This document shows, piece by piece, positions 62,390-64,000 of a DNA stretch of 64,000 nt. Every line of letters starts with the position of its first letter. Positions within the stretch are counted from its first letter, which is position 1. The stretch is taken from positions 453,902,001-453,966,000 of the forward strand of contig NC_067399.1 of assembly GCF_016432865.1 (NCBI RefSeq), written 5' to 3'. The position numbers were made by a program, and so were the translations under genes. The DNA is from Antechinus flavipes. Lineage: Eukaryota. The notes below the pieces were generated by a model. That model saw only the letters and a program-made list of their open reading frames with translations. It was not told the origin of the DNA and made no database searches.

Positions 62390-63545
62390 TTAAGTGATCG
62401 ATTTACTATCCTTTTTCCTAATGTTTATAGAATTTTGGTAGGAATCCAACTCAAGCTCATTGGCCTGTGATTTTGCAAAGTCTCCTTTTCTTTTCTAAAA
62501 ATTGAGACATTTATCTACTTTTGTCCTGTAGTACTGATGCTGTGCTAGTGGTAATTGTGGTGGGGAATCCCCTCTGGTGGAAGCAAATCCAATGTGAAAG
62601 AATTCACAAACCTGAAATGTGTTTTGTGGTAAGAAAAGAGTTGTTCACTAGAAGCCAGCCTATTAGGAAAACAGACTTCTTCGTGGCAAAAGGTCCTGTT
62701 AGGGAAAATGGCAAGGGTTAACACTGAGAAAATAATATCTTCACAGTGGGCAGTGTCCTGGCAGGCAACTTTGTCAAGAAGAGAGCTTCTTTAGCAAGCA
62801 TAATCCTGTTTCAGACTTCTGTAGAGAATTGGAGTTCAGAATTCTCTTTTATTAGCAGTCTGAGGCTTGGGCTTCCATTCAAAATGGAATCCTTCATGGA
62901 ATCCATCCTTCAATGTGATCAGTGCCCCAGGCCTAGATTAATTCACTTAACTGAGAGTTTGAAGACTTTTCCCAGAGTCTGGGAATTCCCTAAAGGGGAT
63001 CTGGGCCCCTCTCCTTCCCCCCTCAAAAGATCTCAGTTTCAATGGAGGGTGATTTGACCAAGATCTACACTTGAATGAAGCCACTTAACTTGGGAATGGC
63101 TTGTCTGGGAAAGGTATGCTTTTCCCAGGGGAGAGCCTGGGACCCCAAGTCACCCTTTTTTTACAGATCAAAGGGGACACAGTTTCAGGATTCACCCCCA
63201 TCAGTACTTACAATGCTCACAATGCTCAATCAGTTACTGATAGTTCAGGAACTACATCTGACAACTCATTCAGTTCCTTGATATGTGGTTCATTTGGGTT
63301 TGATGAAATGAATCTACTAAGAGCAGAAAGATGTTGTGTTTTCTTGATTTATTTTGGATATCAACTCATTATTTGGATTTATTTTTAGATATCAATTCTA
63401 TTATCCATGTTTCATTTGTTCTTTTCAGTCCAAAGATCATTTTGCCATGGAAAACAGAATGAGTAATTCTATTTTTTCTCCATCATCTATAATCAGTGTC
63501 TCATTCACCCTTAGAAGAAGATGTAAGTTTATTTGATCCCCTAGT
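62390..63545 (-). mobile_element. CR1/L3 remnant interrupted by the 62527-63212 element
   Basis: CR1-like text at 62390-62526 and 63213-63545. Confidence 0.55.
62527..63212 (-). mobile_element. Solo LTR (or MITE-like element) inserted into a CR1/L3 remnant
   Basis: 13-14 bp inverted termini TGTAGTACTGATG / CATCAGTACTTACA; minus-strand AATAAA at 62848-62853; CR1-like sequence resumes on both sides. Confidence 0.65.
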
Positions 63546-63570
63546 TATAACTTTGAAAAAAAAAGCAACT

Positions 63571-63722
63571 AGGAGTAGCTAAGTAGTGCAGTGGATAGAA
63601 CACCAGCCCTGAAATCAGGAAGACCTGAGTTCAAATCTAGCCTCAGACACTTAACACTTCCTCGCTGTGTGATCCTGGGCAAGTCACAATTCAAACTGTC
63701 TCAGTGAAAAGAAAAAAAAAAA
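63571..63722 (+). mobile_element. WSINE-like SINE
   Basis: Consensus match with A tail. Confidence 0.85.
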
Positions 63723-64000
63723 ACTATTTTTATTTTCTTTCATGTTTTTCACTAGCTTCATCTCATTTTGAGATTCAATACACCTGACACTATTCTTATA
63801 TTCATTCTTCATTACCTGGCCTCAATTCCATCTTCTCTAGATATGTTTTAAAAAAGCTAAAATTGGATTCATTTTTTGCAGTTATATCAGTCACATTAGA
63901 CAAAACTTCTACTTTTCCTTTTCATCTAAAGTAATTATATATATGCACTATATAGTGCATTCAGAATTTTAGTCTTCCACATTTAAAGTATATAATCTAG

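Overview
Eukaryotic, AT-rich, CpG-depleted mammalian DNA. The SINE/LINE types (WSINE/MAR1-like CORE-SINEs, marsupial-type L1 3' ends) point to a marsupial, probably a dasyurid (inference). One complete protein-coding gene is present: NSFL1C (p47, UBA-SEP-UBX cofactor of p97/VCP) on the minus strand. Its 9 coding exons (44137 to 12706) were spliced by hand, are all GT-AG, and total 1110 nt = 369 aa + stop. It has a CpG-island promoter (~43.5-44.5 kb) and a poly(A) signal at 12462-12467. Upstream lie a decayed HMGB1 processed pseudogene (~48.3-49.4 kb) and four probable solo LTRs. The rest is L1, L2, CR1/L3, MIR/MAR1/WSINE remnants, microsatellites and local duplications. I found no clear new coding system. 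The best leads are regulatory or mechanistic: a divergent CTCF-motif pair (one SINE-derived) bracketing two LTRs, two perfect ARE cores in intron 5 (one L2-derived), candidate frame-shifting microexons in intron 3, a 7-bp collapsed SINE with a perfect TSD, and two 3'-truncated L1s with intact TSDs. All regulatory calls are motif-level only. Repeat family names are by eye and repeat boundaries are approximate unless a TSD is quoted.
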